From a virus (Duplodnaviria > Caudoviricetes), in IMG/VR virus record IMGVR_UViG_3300028553_001902, positions 1 to 61,925 of that record: a stretch of 61,925 nt of DNA. One strand, 5' to 3'. Shown here piece by piece: positions 41,139-51,300 of this stretch (position 1 is the stretch's first letter; every line of letters begins with the position of its first letter). Made by a program: the position numbers and the translations under genes. The notes beneath the pieces are model-generated. The model had not been told where the DNA came from and searched no databases. It saw nothing but the letters and a program-made list of their open reading frames with translations.

Positions 41139-41450
41139 TCAACCCACTAAATTTGGCGGCTCCCATATACACGTATCTTCATTTAAGATCCAATCTGGTT
41201 CAGGGCAGGGTGGAATAAAAGCATCTCTAATTTCATCATAAGTATAACCTACTCCAGCATAATTTTTTCTAAATGGAACTCCACCTAAAGAATGGGCACC
41301 AGCAATAGTATTATAACTAGTGCGCTTACAAGTTTTACGTCTAAGGTTGCCATAATATTGCTCCCAGTCAACGCCACCTTCATTCTCATCTCTTCCAGTT
41401 ATAACTTCTACGACAATATTATTTTGATCTAAAAAAGCATAGTGACCCAT
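41139..41450 (-). CDS. Small tail-fibre-associated protein
   Basis: 'MGHYAFLD.NN.V..VI', 'RTSYN', 'FRKNYAG.GYTYD...DAFIPP.P...W.L' motifs, commonly next to Gly-rich fibre genes. Confidence 0.7.
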   Translation of the reverse strand: MGHYAFLDQNNIVVEVITGRDENEGGVDWEQYYGNLRRKTCKRTSYNTIAGAHSLGGVPFRKNYAGVGYTYDEIRDAFIPPCPEPDWILNEDTCIWEPPNLVG

Positions 41451-41460
41451 CCTTTACCTC

Positions 41461-42309
41461 CTAAAAAGATATATTACCACTTCCACCAGTGAAAGTGTAT
41501 ATTTTAAATTGATTTACAACTAATTTATTGTAAGTAAGCCCTGGATCAATTTCTTTAATGTCGCTTCTGTTAGCTGGATATCTTATAATAACTACACCAC
41601 TTCCACCATTTCCACCAGCAGTATTATATCCGCCTGCACCGCCACCCCCAGTATTAGCTGTAGCATTTCCTCCGCGAGCATTGCCCCCTCCACCTTGGCC
41701 ACCATTGCCATTTGTGATATTACCCCCAGCTCCACCACCACCTGCATAAAATACTGGAAAACCAGTTATATAAGATAGAGCGCCTATCCCACCATTGCCT
41801 CCAGTATTAGTAGAGCCAGTAACTCCTGCAGCTTCTGCACCACCGCCACCACCAAATCCACTACCTCCAGTAGCAACAGCAGAGCCTCCATTATTTCCTA
41901 GACCAGCAACTCCAGAGCCAGGTGTTCCTGTCGTAAATGGGCTTGTAGTTGCAGAGCCTGCTCCACCACCAGATCCACCATTTCTACCACCCTGCGTAGT
42001 ATTACTAAATCCACCTCCACCTCCGCCTTTACCACCAATACCAAAGCTACCAAAATTTGAATCACCACCATCATTTCCTCGGCTATTGCCTAATGCGCCC
42101 CCCGAACCACCAGCTCCAATTGTAATATTATAAGCAGCACCAAGAACTATTGAAGTAGAGCCAACGGAATATCCGCCAGCACCTCCTCCTCCAGCACCTC
42201 CACCACCACCGCCGCCAGAAACTACTAAATATTCAACTTCAGTAACGTTAGTTTCCCTTAGTAAATTTTGAACGCGAGGTCTAAAGAAACTATCAAAACT
42301 ATAAGACAT
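41461..42309 (-). CDS. Glycine-rich domain protein
   Basis: 'VEYLVVSGGGGGG', 'ANTGGGG', 'GGSGVVIIRYP'. Confidence 0.8.
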   Translation of the reverse strand: MSYSFDSFFRPRVQNLLRETNVTEVEYLVVSGGGGGGGAGGGGAGGYSVGSTSIVLGAAYNITIGAGGSGGALGNSRGNDGGDSNFGSFGIGGKGGGGGGFSNTTQGGRNGGSGGGAGSATTSPFTTGTPGSGVAGLGNNGGSAVATGGSGFGGGGGAEAAGVTGSTNTGGNGGIGALSYITGFPVFYAGGGGAGGNITNGNGGQGGGGNARGGNATANTGGGGAGGYNTAGGNGGSGVVIIRYPANRSDIKEIDPGLTYNKLVVNQFKIYTFTGGSGNISF

Positions 42310-42749
42310 CAATAGTCTCCTCCATGAATAGTAATCTGTAGCCCTGCGGAAGCAGTTGTTCCTATTGTTGCATTTATTTTATAATTTGCTGGTAAATATG
42401 GTATAGGTGGTATTGTTTCTGATGTATTGACCGTTATTGTTACATTATAGTCTGTTAAAGCTGCTATTTCAGAAACCGTACTCGCAGCAACTGTAACTTC
42501 ATGTATTAGAGAATTATTTGTTGCAGTTGCATTTGTACTTCCATTATTTATAAAAAAGCGCACAACAGTAGCTGAATTTGTTCCAAGTGGTCTAATCTTT
42601 ATTTGATCAATCCTAGATCCATCAACTCCAGCAGTAAATATTGTACTAACTGTTGTTCCCGTTCCATCTTTCAATATATTAGAATTTGTTAAAGTCCCCC
42701 AACTCACTTTAGGAGTTAGGGGGAAGATTGGTTGTGTATTTGCTGCCAT
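42309..42749 (-). CDS. Hypothetical tail-fibre-associated protein
   Basis: 'MAANTQPIF', 'TAG..GSRID', terminal 'GGDY'; TAATG coupling to the fibre gene. Confidence 0.65.
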   Translation of the reverse strand: MAANTQPIFPLTPKVSWGTLTNSNILKDGTGTTVSTIFTAGVDGSRIDQIKIRPLGTNSATVVRFFINNGSTNATATNNSLIHEVTVAASTVSEIAALTDYNVTITVNTSETIPPIPYLPANYKINATIGTTASAGLQITIHGGDY

Positions 42750-45700
42750 TATAAAGCCCCTCCAAAATTTTTATATGAATATACTATCGAACCAACGTCA
42801 CGATTTGTATAATAACTTCCATGTTGCCCATCTAATAAATCTGCATTTAGATTGATAACACTAGTTGTAGAAGATACTGTAAACGGCGCTATTCCTGACG
42901 CAACTGTTGAAATAAAAGCTGTGGCGCTAACCTGTCCTAAAACTTCTAGTTTTGTACTTGGATTGGTAATGCCACCTATACCAATATTTCCACTAGTAGC
43001 TTTTATAACCATATTCACAGGACTTGCATACATTCCAGTAAAATATAAATCTGCTGTTGAGCCCCCAGAAAAAGCAGCAGCACTTTGAAAATAATTTATA
43101 CCTCCAGCAGTAACAAGTCGTATTATTGAGTTTGCATCTTCTGCTACAATTCCTGCATTTGCAGGAACATAAAGATGTAAAAGTTCAAATGGCGCTTGGG
43201 TTCCAATACCAACATAACCACTAGAATTTATGCGCATGGCCTCAACGCCACCCTCAACAAATCCTATTGTATCAGCTGTTGGAAAATATATTCCAGTATT
43301 AGTATCATTTATTGCAGCGAGAGCAGGAATTGTTGTAGAGCCAGTTCCTACATAAATATTAGCAGAAGCTGTTAAATTATTGACAAAAATATTACTAGAT
43401 GTAATATTTATTGTATTCACAAAACTTGATGTTAAAGAACTTGCACTTATATTTCCAGTTACATTAATTGAAGAAGCTGTAATTCTTGTAGTATTTATTG
43501 AAGTTAAATTAGCTATAGAAGAAGTTAATAAATTTGTACTTATGTTTGAAGCAGTTAAGATTGTAGCATTTATTGTAGAAGAAGTTAAAATATTACTACT
43601 AATATTTGAACTTGTTAAAGTAGTAACTTCAATATTACTTGTTGAAAATCCACCATTTAAATCTCTGGATACTAAGGCGCTATTAACATTGCTACTTGTT
43701 GCATTTGTTCCTATTGTAATAAAATCAATTGTAGCACTACTTGTTAATATTATACCATATCCTGCGTTCAATGTCAAGGTGTCACCAGGGTCATCAGCAA
43801 TTACAGCACTTTGCCCTGAAATAGAAATAATCCCAAAGGCACTGGCGGCCGAACCTCCAGCAGATGCATTAATTGTTAGAGTGTTAGTTGCATTATCAGT
43901 ACTTAATGTTATATTAGTCCCACCTGCAACAGTTAATATAGAATTAGGAGATGCAGCTACAAGATTATTTTGTCCTGATACTGATATAGTGCCAAATGCG
44001 CTTCCGCCTCCACTGCCAGTATTTACACCAATAACGTGACCATAAGTATCAAAAGTAAGTCCATTAACAAATACTCCGCTAGTTGTTGTTACATCTGCAA
44101 CTGTTGAAGTGTCAGCATGTGAAATGGTTATTGAGGCTGTAGCAGTTTGATTCAATGTAAATGAACCTGTACCAGTAAGGCCGCCACCTGAATTTATGTT
44201 AATTGTTACATCTGAAATTGTTGGTTTGTTTGTGATATTAGTATAATCAAGGTAATATGAGCCATGCTGCCCATCAAGTAGGTCTGTATTTAAGTTCGTT
44301 ACTAGAGTTGTTGAAGATACTGTTAATGGTGGTGTGCCAGTTGCAACAGTTGATATAAGTGAAGTTGCACTTATTATTCCAGCAACTTCTAGTGTTGTGC
44401 TAGGTGTTCTAGTGCCAATACCCACTCTATATCCTTCAGGAAAAATTGTATTGCTAAATATACTTACAGTACCTAATGAACCAGCAGTTGTACTACCCAT
44501 TACTATATTTGTTATTGAGCCACTTAGACCCCTAGTACCAATCTGAATAGTCTGCCTCAAACCACTACTGACAGTACCCACTGCTATGCTAACCGTATAT
44601 GAGGCTGTTGAGCGACCTATAACAATTTCTGATGATTGTGTAGGCCCACCAATTAGAATTGAGCCAGTTTCTATACCTGTTCCAATATTTATATTAGAAG
44701 TCTTTACAGCAGTTCCTATATTTGCAGTACTACCAGCTGCCCCATTTAATGATAAGGCCGCATTTGCAGTTAGTGTACTATTAAATGTTGAGGCTCCTTC
44801 AGTAGTTATTCCATTGTAAACAGAAAGCGTAGAATTCATTCTTACAGCATCATAAGCAAAAAAGTTTCCTCGAACATTTAAATTTCCGTCTACTGCAAAA
44901 TTACCTACATTAATTATAGAGCGAGCATTATTGGCATATTGATAAACTCTGGTATTACCAGTACCAACTACATATGTATAACTAGCTGTTGAATTTAAAT
45001 TTGTATACATGCCAAGAGGATTACTTTCTTCAAAAAGTACTGGAAAAGCACTTTTAACAACAGAGCTAGTTATTGTAAAGGGAACAGAAAGTTCAAATTG
45101 AAATATAGAATCAAGACTATTATCTAAAATAAACATTCTAGTTCCATCAGAATTAAAATTTATTGCCTGTGGATTATTAGAAGGAGATAGTGATCTTGAG
45201 ACTGAAGCATAAACAGCTGTTGAAGAGCTCCATGCAGTTCCTAGTGAATACTCATGAACCCTATCATTTGTTGTTCCAACCATAAACATTTTAGTTCCAT
45301 CATTATTAAACGCCAAGCCAGCTGCTCCTGTATCTTGACTGACAACTGAAAATGAAGTAGAAAAAGTCATGCTGCCAGGTGACACATTCCAAGGTGTCGT
45401 CAATCTAAATTCTCTAACAACATCTGAAGTTCCACCTAATACATAAACTCTTGTTCCATCATCTTTGAAAAATAAATCATTTGGACTACTATCGCCAATA
45501 TTAAATGAGGTTGTATAGAGAGCAGCAGTACTAACTATCCAGGGTGTAGATAAACTATATTGAGCTATACCATCTCCAGAACTTCTTCCAGTTATAAACA
45601 TATATTGACCTTCAGGACTAAAAAAGACTCCTTGTGGACTAGGCTCTTGACCTGATACTGAAAAAGATATTCCAGAATAAGAAAGTCCTGTAACGGATAC

Positions 45701-48307
45701 ATTTTTAGTTATTATATCATTTGCATTTTGAGTCCTTATAATTATAGAATCAAAGCTTGCAGTACTACTTGTTAATGTTATAATACTTGCACTACTTGCT
45801 GTCAATGTATTTACACTTATATTTGTTGCAGTTAAGGTTGTTATATTTAGTTGACTTGCTGTTAGAATATCTACACTAATATTACTAGATGTTAAATTTA
45901 TTGTATTAATAATACTAGCTGTTAAAATATTTGTACTAATATTGGAACTAGTTAAAGTCGTTATATTAGCAAAGCTAGCAGTTAAAGTATCTGTACTTAT
46001 ATTTGATGCTGAAAGAGTTGGAATATTTAATTGACTCGCAGTTAATATATTAACACTTATATTTGAAGCTGTTAAAGTATCAACATTAATAAAACTAGAT
46101 GTAATTGAACTAGCACTAATATTTCCAGTTACATTTAAAGAAGAAGCAGTAATTCTAGTTGTATTAATTGAAGTTAAATTTGCCACACTCGAAGTTAAAA
46201 CGTTTGTGCTAATATTTGAAGCTGTTAAATTAGCAATATTTGCAAAACTAGCAGTCAATATATTAGTACTTATATTAGAAGAAGTTAAAGTCGTAATATT
46301 TCCAAAACTAGCTGTTAAAATGTTTGTACTAAAATTAGAAGTTGAGAAATTAGATACATTTAAATTTGTTGCAGTTAAATTTGAAACAGTTATATTTGTT
46401 GCATTTATAAAACTAGCAGTTAAAATATTTGAGCTTACATTTGAAGCTGTTATAATTGAACTATTTATAAAACTGGATGTTATGGAACTTACACTAATAT
46501 TTCCTGTAATATTCATCGAAGAAGCAGTAATTCTAGTTGTATTAATTGAAGTTAAATTTGCAACGCTTGCCGTTAGAATATTTCCACTAATATTTGAAGC
46601 AGTCAAAGTGGTCAGATTTAATGAGCTTGCAGTTAATACATTTGTACTAATATTTGAAGCAGTTAAATTAGTAATATTTGCAGAGCTAGCTGTTAAAATA
46701 TTCCCACTTATATTTGATGCAGTTAAAGTAGTTAAATTTAAAGAACTAGCAGTTAATACATTTGTACTAATATTTGTTGAAGTTAAATTACTTGTAAAAA
46801 TTGAGCTTGCACTTATATTTCCAGTTACAGTAAGATTTGAGCTAAATGTAACATTACCTATCGCAGTCAGATTTCTTGCACTGATAAGTGTTGTAGATTG
46901 TAATTGAGAAGTAGTTATACTTGTTGCATTTATTACAGTTGATGTTAAGCTTGCGGCTGAAACATTATTAAAATTAGATAAACTAGCTGTCAAAACATTT
47001 GCACTAATATTAGTAGCTGTCAAATTTGCTATACTAAAAGAACTAGCTGTTAAAACATTTGCACTTATATTTGAGGCAGTTATTATTGAACTATTTATAA
47101 AGCTAGATGTAATAGAACTTGCACTAATATTTCCAGTTACGTTCAAAGATGATGCTGTTATTCTTGTAGTATTTATTGAAGTTAAATTAGCTACACTAGC
47201 TGTTAATGAATCCACACTTATATTAGAACTTGTTATTAAACTAGCACTTAAAGAGCTGACACTTATGTTTCCTGTAACATTTATAGAAGATGCCGTAATT
47301 CTAGTAGTATTAATGTTTGTTAAATTAGCTATAGAAGAAGTTAAAATATTTGAACTTATATTAGAACTAGTTAAAGTTGTAGCATTTATAAAACTAGATG
47401 TAATAGAGCTAGCACTTATGTTTCCTGTCACATTTAGAGAAGAAGCAGTAATACGAGTAGTATTTATTGAAGTTATATTTGCCACACTTGAAGTTAAAAT
47501 ATTTGCACTTATATTTGAAGCTGTTAAATTGGTAACATTTGCTGTACTAGCTGTTAAAATATTTCCACTTATATTGCTTGCTGTAAAAGTTGTTACATTT
47601 AATGAGGCAGCTGTAAAAGAATTGGCGCTAATATTAGTGGCTGTAATTGTGCTTGCCGTCACGTGACTTACAGAAAATCCACCACTTGCATCGCGCGATA
47701 CAATAGTATTGGCAACATTAGAGCTTGTTGCATTACTAGTTACAGTAAAACTGGAGTTTCCACTTTGATTAGCAGTAAATGTGGCCGAACCCCCAAGCCC
47801 CACTCCAGATGTAGCTAAAGTTAATGTGCCATCGCCAGGTGTTGCACCAGAAGCTGCAATTGTAAGAGTATCTGTAGTTGCATTTGTCGTAAGTGTGATT
47901 CCGCTACCTGCAGTAATAGTCAGTATATCAGAAGCTACTTCAGCAACAATTGCGCTTTGTCCTGAGACAGAAATTGTACCAAAAGCAAAAGAACCTCCGC
48001 CGCTCCCAGTGTTTATAGCCTCTGCTATTTTTGCAGAGCGCGATATTAAAATCTTTTTATTAGAAAAATTATTGTCAGGTACAAGCATATAAACTTCTTC
48101 GCCCACATTAAAAGAATCATTTTTTAATGAATAGGCATCATATTCCACACCTTGATAAGATACTCTATATAAATTTTTAGTCTCATCATCGCGCGAAACA
48201 ATTTGTACAATTACAGATCTATCCAACATTAGTTGAGCTATTTTTCTATCTGTAATTAAATGTATAGAAGTAAAAATCTCTTCTAATATTGCATCATAAC
48301 TGTTCAT
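42749..48307 (-). CDS. Long tail fibre/adhesin with S/T/N-rich repeats and a beta-propeller
   Basis: About 1850 aa; N-terminal OB-like segment; pentad S/T/N repeats; 'F..DGT.....G....V..Y.L.T.W' propeller repeats; two 'NLNxDLLDGQHGSYY' motifs. Confidence 0.8.
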   Translation of the reverse strand: MNSYDAILEEIFTSIHLITDRKIAQLMLDRSVIVQIVSRDDETKNLYRVSYQGVEYDAYSLKNDSFNVGEEVYMLVPDNNFSNKKILISRSAKIAEAINTGSGGGSFAFGTISVSGQSAIVAEVASDILTITAGSGITLTTNATTDTLTIAASGATPGDGTLTLATSGVGLGGSATFTANQSGNSSFTVTSNATSSNVANTIVSRDASGGFSVSHVTASTITATNISANSFTAASLNVTTFTASNISGNILTASTANVTNLTASNISANILTSSVANITSINTTRITASSLNVTGNISASSITSSFINATTLTSSNISSNILTSSIANLTNINTTRITASSINVTGNISVSSLSASLITSSNISVDSLTASVANLTSINTTRITASSLNVTGNISASSITSSFINSSIITASNISANVLTASSFSIANLTATNISANVLTASLSNFNNVSAASLTSTVINATSITTSQLQSTTLISARNLTAIGNVTFSSNLTVTGNISASSIFTSNLTSTNISTNVLTASSLNLTTLTASNISGNILTASSANITNLTASNISTNVLTASSLNLTTLTASNISGNILTASVANLTSINTTRITASSMNITGNISVSSITSSFINSSIITASNVSSNILTASFINATNITVSNLTATNLNVSNFSTSNFSTNILTASFGNITTLTSSNISTNILTASFANIANLTASNISTNVLTSSVANLTSINTTRITASSLNVTGNISASSITSSFINVDTLTASNISVNILTASQLNIPTLSASNISTDTLTASFANITTLTSSNISTNILTASIINTINLTSSNISVDILTASQLNITTLTATNISVNTLTASSASIITLTSSTASFDSIIIRTQNANDIITKNVSVTGLSYSGISFSVSGQEPSPQGVFFSPEGQYMFITGRSSGDGIAQYSLSTPWIVSTAALYTTSFNIGDSSPNDLFFKDDGTRVYVLGGTSDVVREFRLTTPWNVSPGSMTFSTSFSVVSQDTGAAGLAFNNDGTKMFMVGTTNDRVHEYSLGTAWSSSTAVYASVSRSLSPSNNPQAINFNSDGTRMFILDNSLDSIFQFELSVPFTITSSVVKSAFPVLFEESNPLGMYTNLNSTASYTYVVGTGNTRVYQYANNARSIINVGNFAVDGNLNVRGNFFAYDAVRMNSTLSVYNGITTEGASTFNSTLTANAALSLNGAAGSTANIGTAVKTSNINIGTGIETGSILIGGPTQSSEIVIGRSTASYTVSIAVGTVSSGLRQTIQIGTRGLSGSITNIVMGSTTAGSLGTVSIFSNTIFPEGYRVGIGTRTPSTTLEVAGIISATSLISTVATGTPPLTVSSTTLVTNLNTDLLDGQHGSYYLDYTNITNKPTISDVTININSGGGLTGTGSFTLNQTATASITISHADTSTVADVTTTSGVFVNGLTFDTYGHVIGVNTGSGGGSAFGTISVSGQNNLVAASPNSILTVAGGTNITLSTDNATNTLTINASAGGSAASAFGIISISGQSAVIADDPGDTLTLNAGYGIILTSSATIDFITIGTNATSSNVNSALVSRDLNGGFSTSNIEVTTLTSSNISSNILTSSTINATILTASNISTNLLTSSIANLTSINTTRITASSINVTGNISASSLTSSFVNTINITSSNIFVNNLTASANIYVGTGSTTIPALAAINDTNTGIYFPTADTIGFVEGGVEAMRINSSGYVGIGTQAPFELLHLYVPANAGIVAEDANSIIRLVTAGGINYFQSAAAFSGGSTADLYFTGMYASPVNMVIKATSGNIGIGGITNPSTKLEVLGQVSATAFISTVASGIAPFTVSSTTSVINLNADLLDGQHGSYYTNRDVGSIVYSYKNFGGAL
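45760..47660 (-). repeat. Degenerate tandem coding repeats (LTASNISxNI, INTTRITASSLNVTGNIS)
   Basis: 5/10-residue periodicity; the INTTRITASS block appears 5 times here and once near 43480, also recognisable at DNA level. Confidence 0.9.
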
Positions 48308-48343
48308 AATCGACCTCACTTCCTTATTATCCCTATTTATTAT

Positions 48344-48379
48344 AAAAAAGATAGGGGATAGATTTAAAACCTATCCCCA
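48344..48379 (-). terminator. Rho-independent terminator after the tape measure gene
   Basis: Minus strand GGGGATAG-N10-CTATCCCC followed by TATCTTTTTT. Confidence 0.7.
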
Positions 48380-48384
48380 CAATA

Positions 48385-51300
48385 TTAATATGATTTTGTT
48401 CGATACGCGTATTGAAGTGCCTTTGTAGACATAGAAGAAAATGCTTTCTTAATTTCATCTGCAGAACTAACATTTGGAAACTCAGCATTAATAGTAATAT
48501 TTTGACCTGTATTAGAAGACGCATTTGTAATATTAGGAACAAATCCTCCAATAATTCTGGGCATAGAGCGAGCTATGGAAACAGCATCAAGTATATTGCG
48601 TGTATCCATTTTATTTAACACAAGCTCTTTTTCATGCAAGACGCCAAGTTTTCCACCATCAAAACTACCTGTATATCCACCTGTCTCCATCTTAACAATG
48701 CGATCTCTATATGCCTTTGCATCAGAAAGTATTTTCTTTTCTGCAGCAGTCAGTTTATCTCCCTTAGCCTCATAATCTGCAATTATAGTGTTTGCACGAG
48801 CTATTTCTGTAGCTTTAAATGCTGGATCAGAAGCAATCCTAGCAAATAAGTCTGCACCATGCGGAGATTTTCCACCTGTCCCATAGACTTTTGCAGTTGT
48901 TACTGTTTGTTGTATAGCTTTAATGCCACGTTCTTCATAAAAATCTGGAATTGCAGCAGCTATTGCCTTCATCTCTGGAGTTTGGTATCCACTTGCTATT
49001 TTTGCTCCAAATGCTTTTAGAGCATCAATTAATCTATCATTAGACTTTACTATGCTAAAATTAGATTGAATTAATAGCTGTTCAGAAGAAATAACAGCAT
49101 CGAACTCACCTTGAGCTGATGCACCTATAGCCTCTCTCTGTCTCGCAGTTAATACTTGCGCTGCTTGAGCAGTTGTCATTCTACCTGCTATAAGCCTGCT
49201 TGCGATATTACTCTTACCCTCAGCAACAAGAGCACTGATTGTTTTAGCCTTGACAACATCTTCACCTTGAGCAGTTCTCTGAGTTCTTAATTCACCCAAC
49301 AACGCCTGAGCTCTACTTACATCCTCTCCACGCAAAAGCATTTGTGGAATTTGCTGCTCTAAATTAAAGATATTATCAGAAATTTCTCTATAGCGAGAAA
49401 TGGATTCTTTCTCAAATTCAGCTGCGGCTTGCATAGAGGCCTGTCTGCCATCTTCGCCACCTGCAGTGGGTGCAAATCTATATTGACCCGAAGGCGCACG
49501 CGTCAATCTTAGTGGGCCACTTGTTTGCTCGCCACTTAAAACTTTTAATAGATTTATTTGAGCGCGTGTAGAATCAATTACTTGTTTTGTAAGTTTTACA
49601 TCTTTTATTTTACCTTGAAGATATTTAAGATTTGTTTTATATGTTTGGTCAGTAGATTCTTCAATTTCTTTTTGAATTTCAAGTTCTAGTTGAGTACGTT
49701 CTATTAACTGCTCATGAGTATCAATAAGCTCATCAATTAAGCGCTGACGCATTTCATATTGACTTTGTAGAACTTCCATATTTGCAGTTCCATAGAGAGC
49801 AATATTGTATTCATCTACGGCACGTTTTTTAATAGATTCATTGACTTGATCCATTAAGTTGCGCTGCTCGATATAAAGTTGATTCTGTTCTTTTATAAGC
49901 AAACTTTTTTCAAACTCACTTAATTTTTGAGTTTTTAAAATAGTGTCAATTTCAATTAATCTTTTTTGATTTCTATCATACAATTGTTTTTGTTGTGCAA
50001 TAATCATGTCTTGAACTTTTAAATATTCAGCACTTTGTTCAAGTCTATTTCCTAATTGAGATTCTAATTTTGCTATATTTGTTTCAATATTTTCTTTATC
50101 AGTATCATAGCTTAATTTTTTTAAATTATATATAGCTTCTTCGTCAGCTAAAATATTATTAGTATATTGAGCATCTAGAGCAAGAGCTTTATTCAATTCA
50201 TCCTGTAAGGATTTGCGTTTTTCAGCAGTCATCTTACCTTTTAACTGTTCTCGCAAACCTTTTATGATTTCAATATTACTACGTTTTAATTCTTTAGTTG
50301 TATTAATTTGTTCTCTTAAATTTGCAGCAGTTGCATGAACAACCTGCCGCTGTTCTTTACTTCCATCTTTAAATAGTTTTAATCGTGACTCTAAACTCGC
50401 TTGCTCAGCTTCTAAATTTTGTAATTTTTCTGTTAAATCAATAAGCTTAGTAATTTCATCATTAAGTTTTTTCTGAGCACCTAATATTTTTTCATATGTT
50501 ATTAATTGCTCTTTCATTGCCTCAGTAAAGATGCCTTCTTTTCCATATGGATCTTTTTTCTGCGCAGCCTGAAGCTCATCAATTTTTTTCTGTGTTAATT
50601 CTATACTACCCTGATATTTTGTTAATTCACTCTGCATACGTCGATTTTCATCAACAAATATATCTGCATCTTGAGCACGAAGCTGAATTAAGCGTTCCAT
50701 TTGCTCTGTATATGCTTTTGTTCCACTTGTTAAACCAGCCAAAGTTTCTTCGGCTTCTGAGATTGCTCTTTGACGCTCAGCACGCTCAGTATCATACATA
50801 CCAAGAATCTCAGCAATAGGATCTCTAGGTTTGCCACCTTCAGTAATTGCTGTAGCATCTATACCTTCTTTTTTACCTATATTTAAAGCGCCCCAAAATT
50901 CTTCATAAACACTAGAACCTTGGCGAATCTTTACACTTGAAGTTTTGCCAAAACCAACTGTTAAAGCTTTTAAGTTTAGATCTTCTAATGCACGCATCTC
51001 AGCATCATCTAGTCTAACTCCAAAAACACCAACATCAGAAGGATCTAATTTACTTAAAAACCCTTGAATTTTATAATAGTCCATCTGTATATCTAATAGT
51101 TCTTGAAATTGCTGCTCCAAAGGTTTTTTAGAATTCCTAACTGCGTCAACAATGGAGCCCATCTGTGTTCTAACTTGATTACCAGCCTCACCAAAATTAG
51201 CTGATATTAATGCATCATTTAAATCTTGCAAAGGATTTCTAACCCCATCAGCAAGGTCTTTTCCACTAATAACTAATTTTCGCTGCTCTTCGTTCAAAGC

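Noticed and set aside
41558-42133. Pro-rich plus-strand ORFs
   Set aside because: Antisense of Gly codons in the glycine-rich gene
45760-47660. Repeat array as possible CRISPR or DGR template/variable repeats
   Set aside because: Repeats are in-frame, degenerate and coding, without unique spacers; no cas or reverse transcriptase gene in the window
43380-48092. Long plus-strand ORFs (e.g. 43380-44039, 46206-46907, 47265-47666)
   Set aside because: Antisense shadows of the repetitive S/T/N-coding fibre gene; no SD or independent signals
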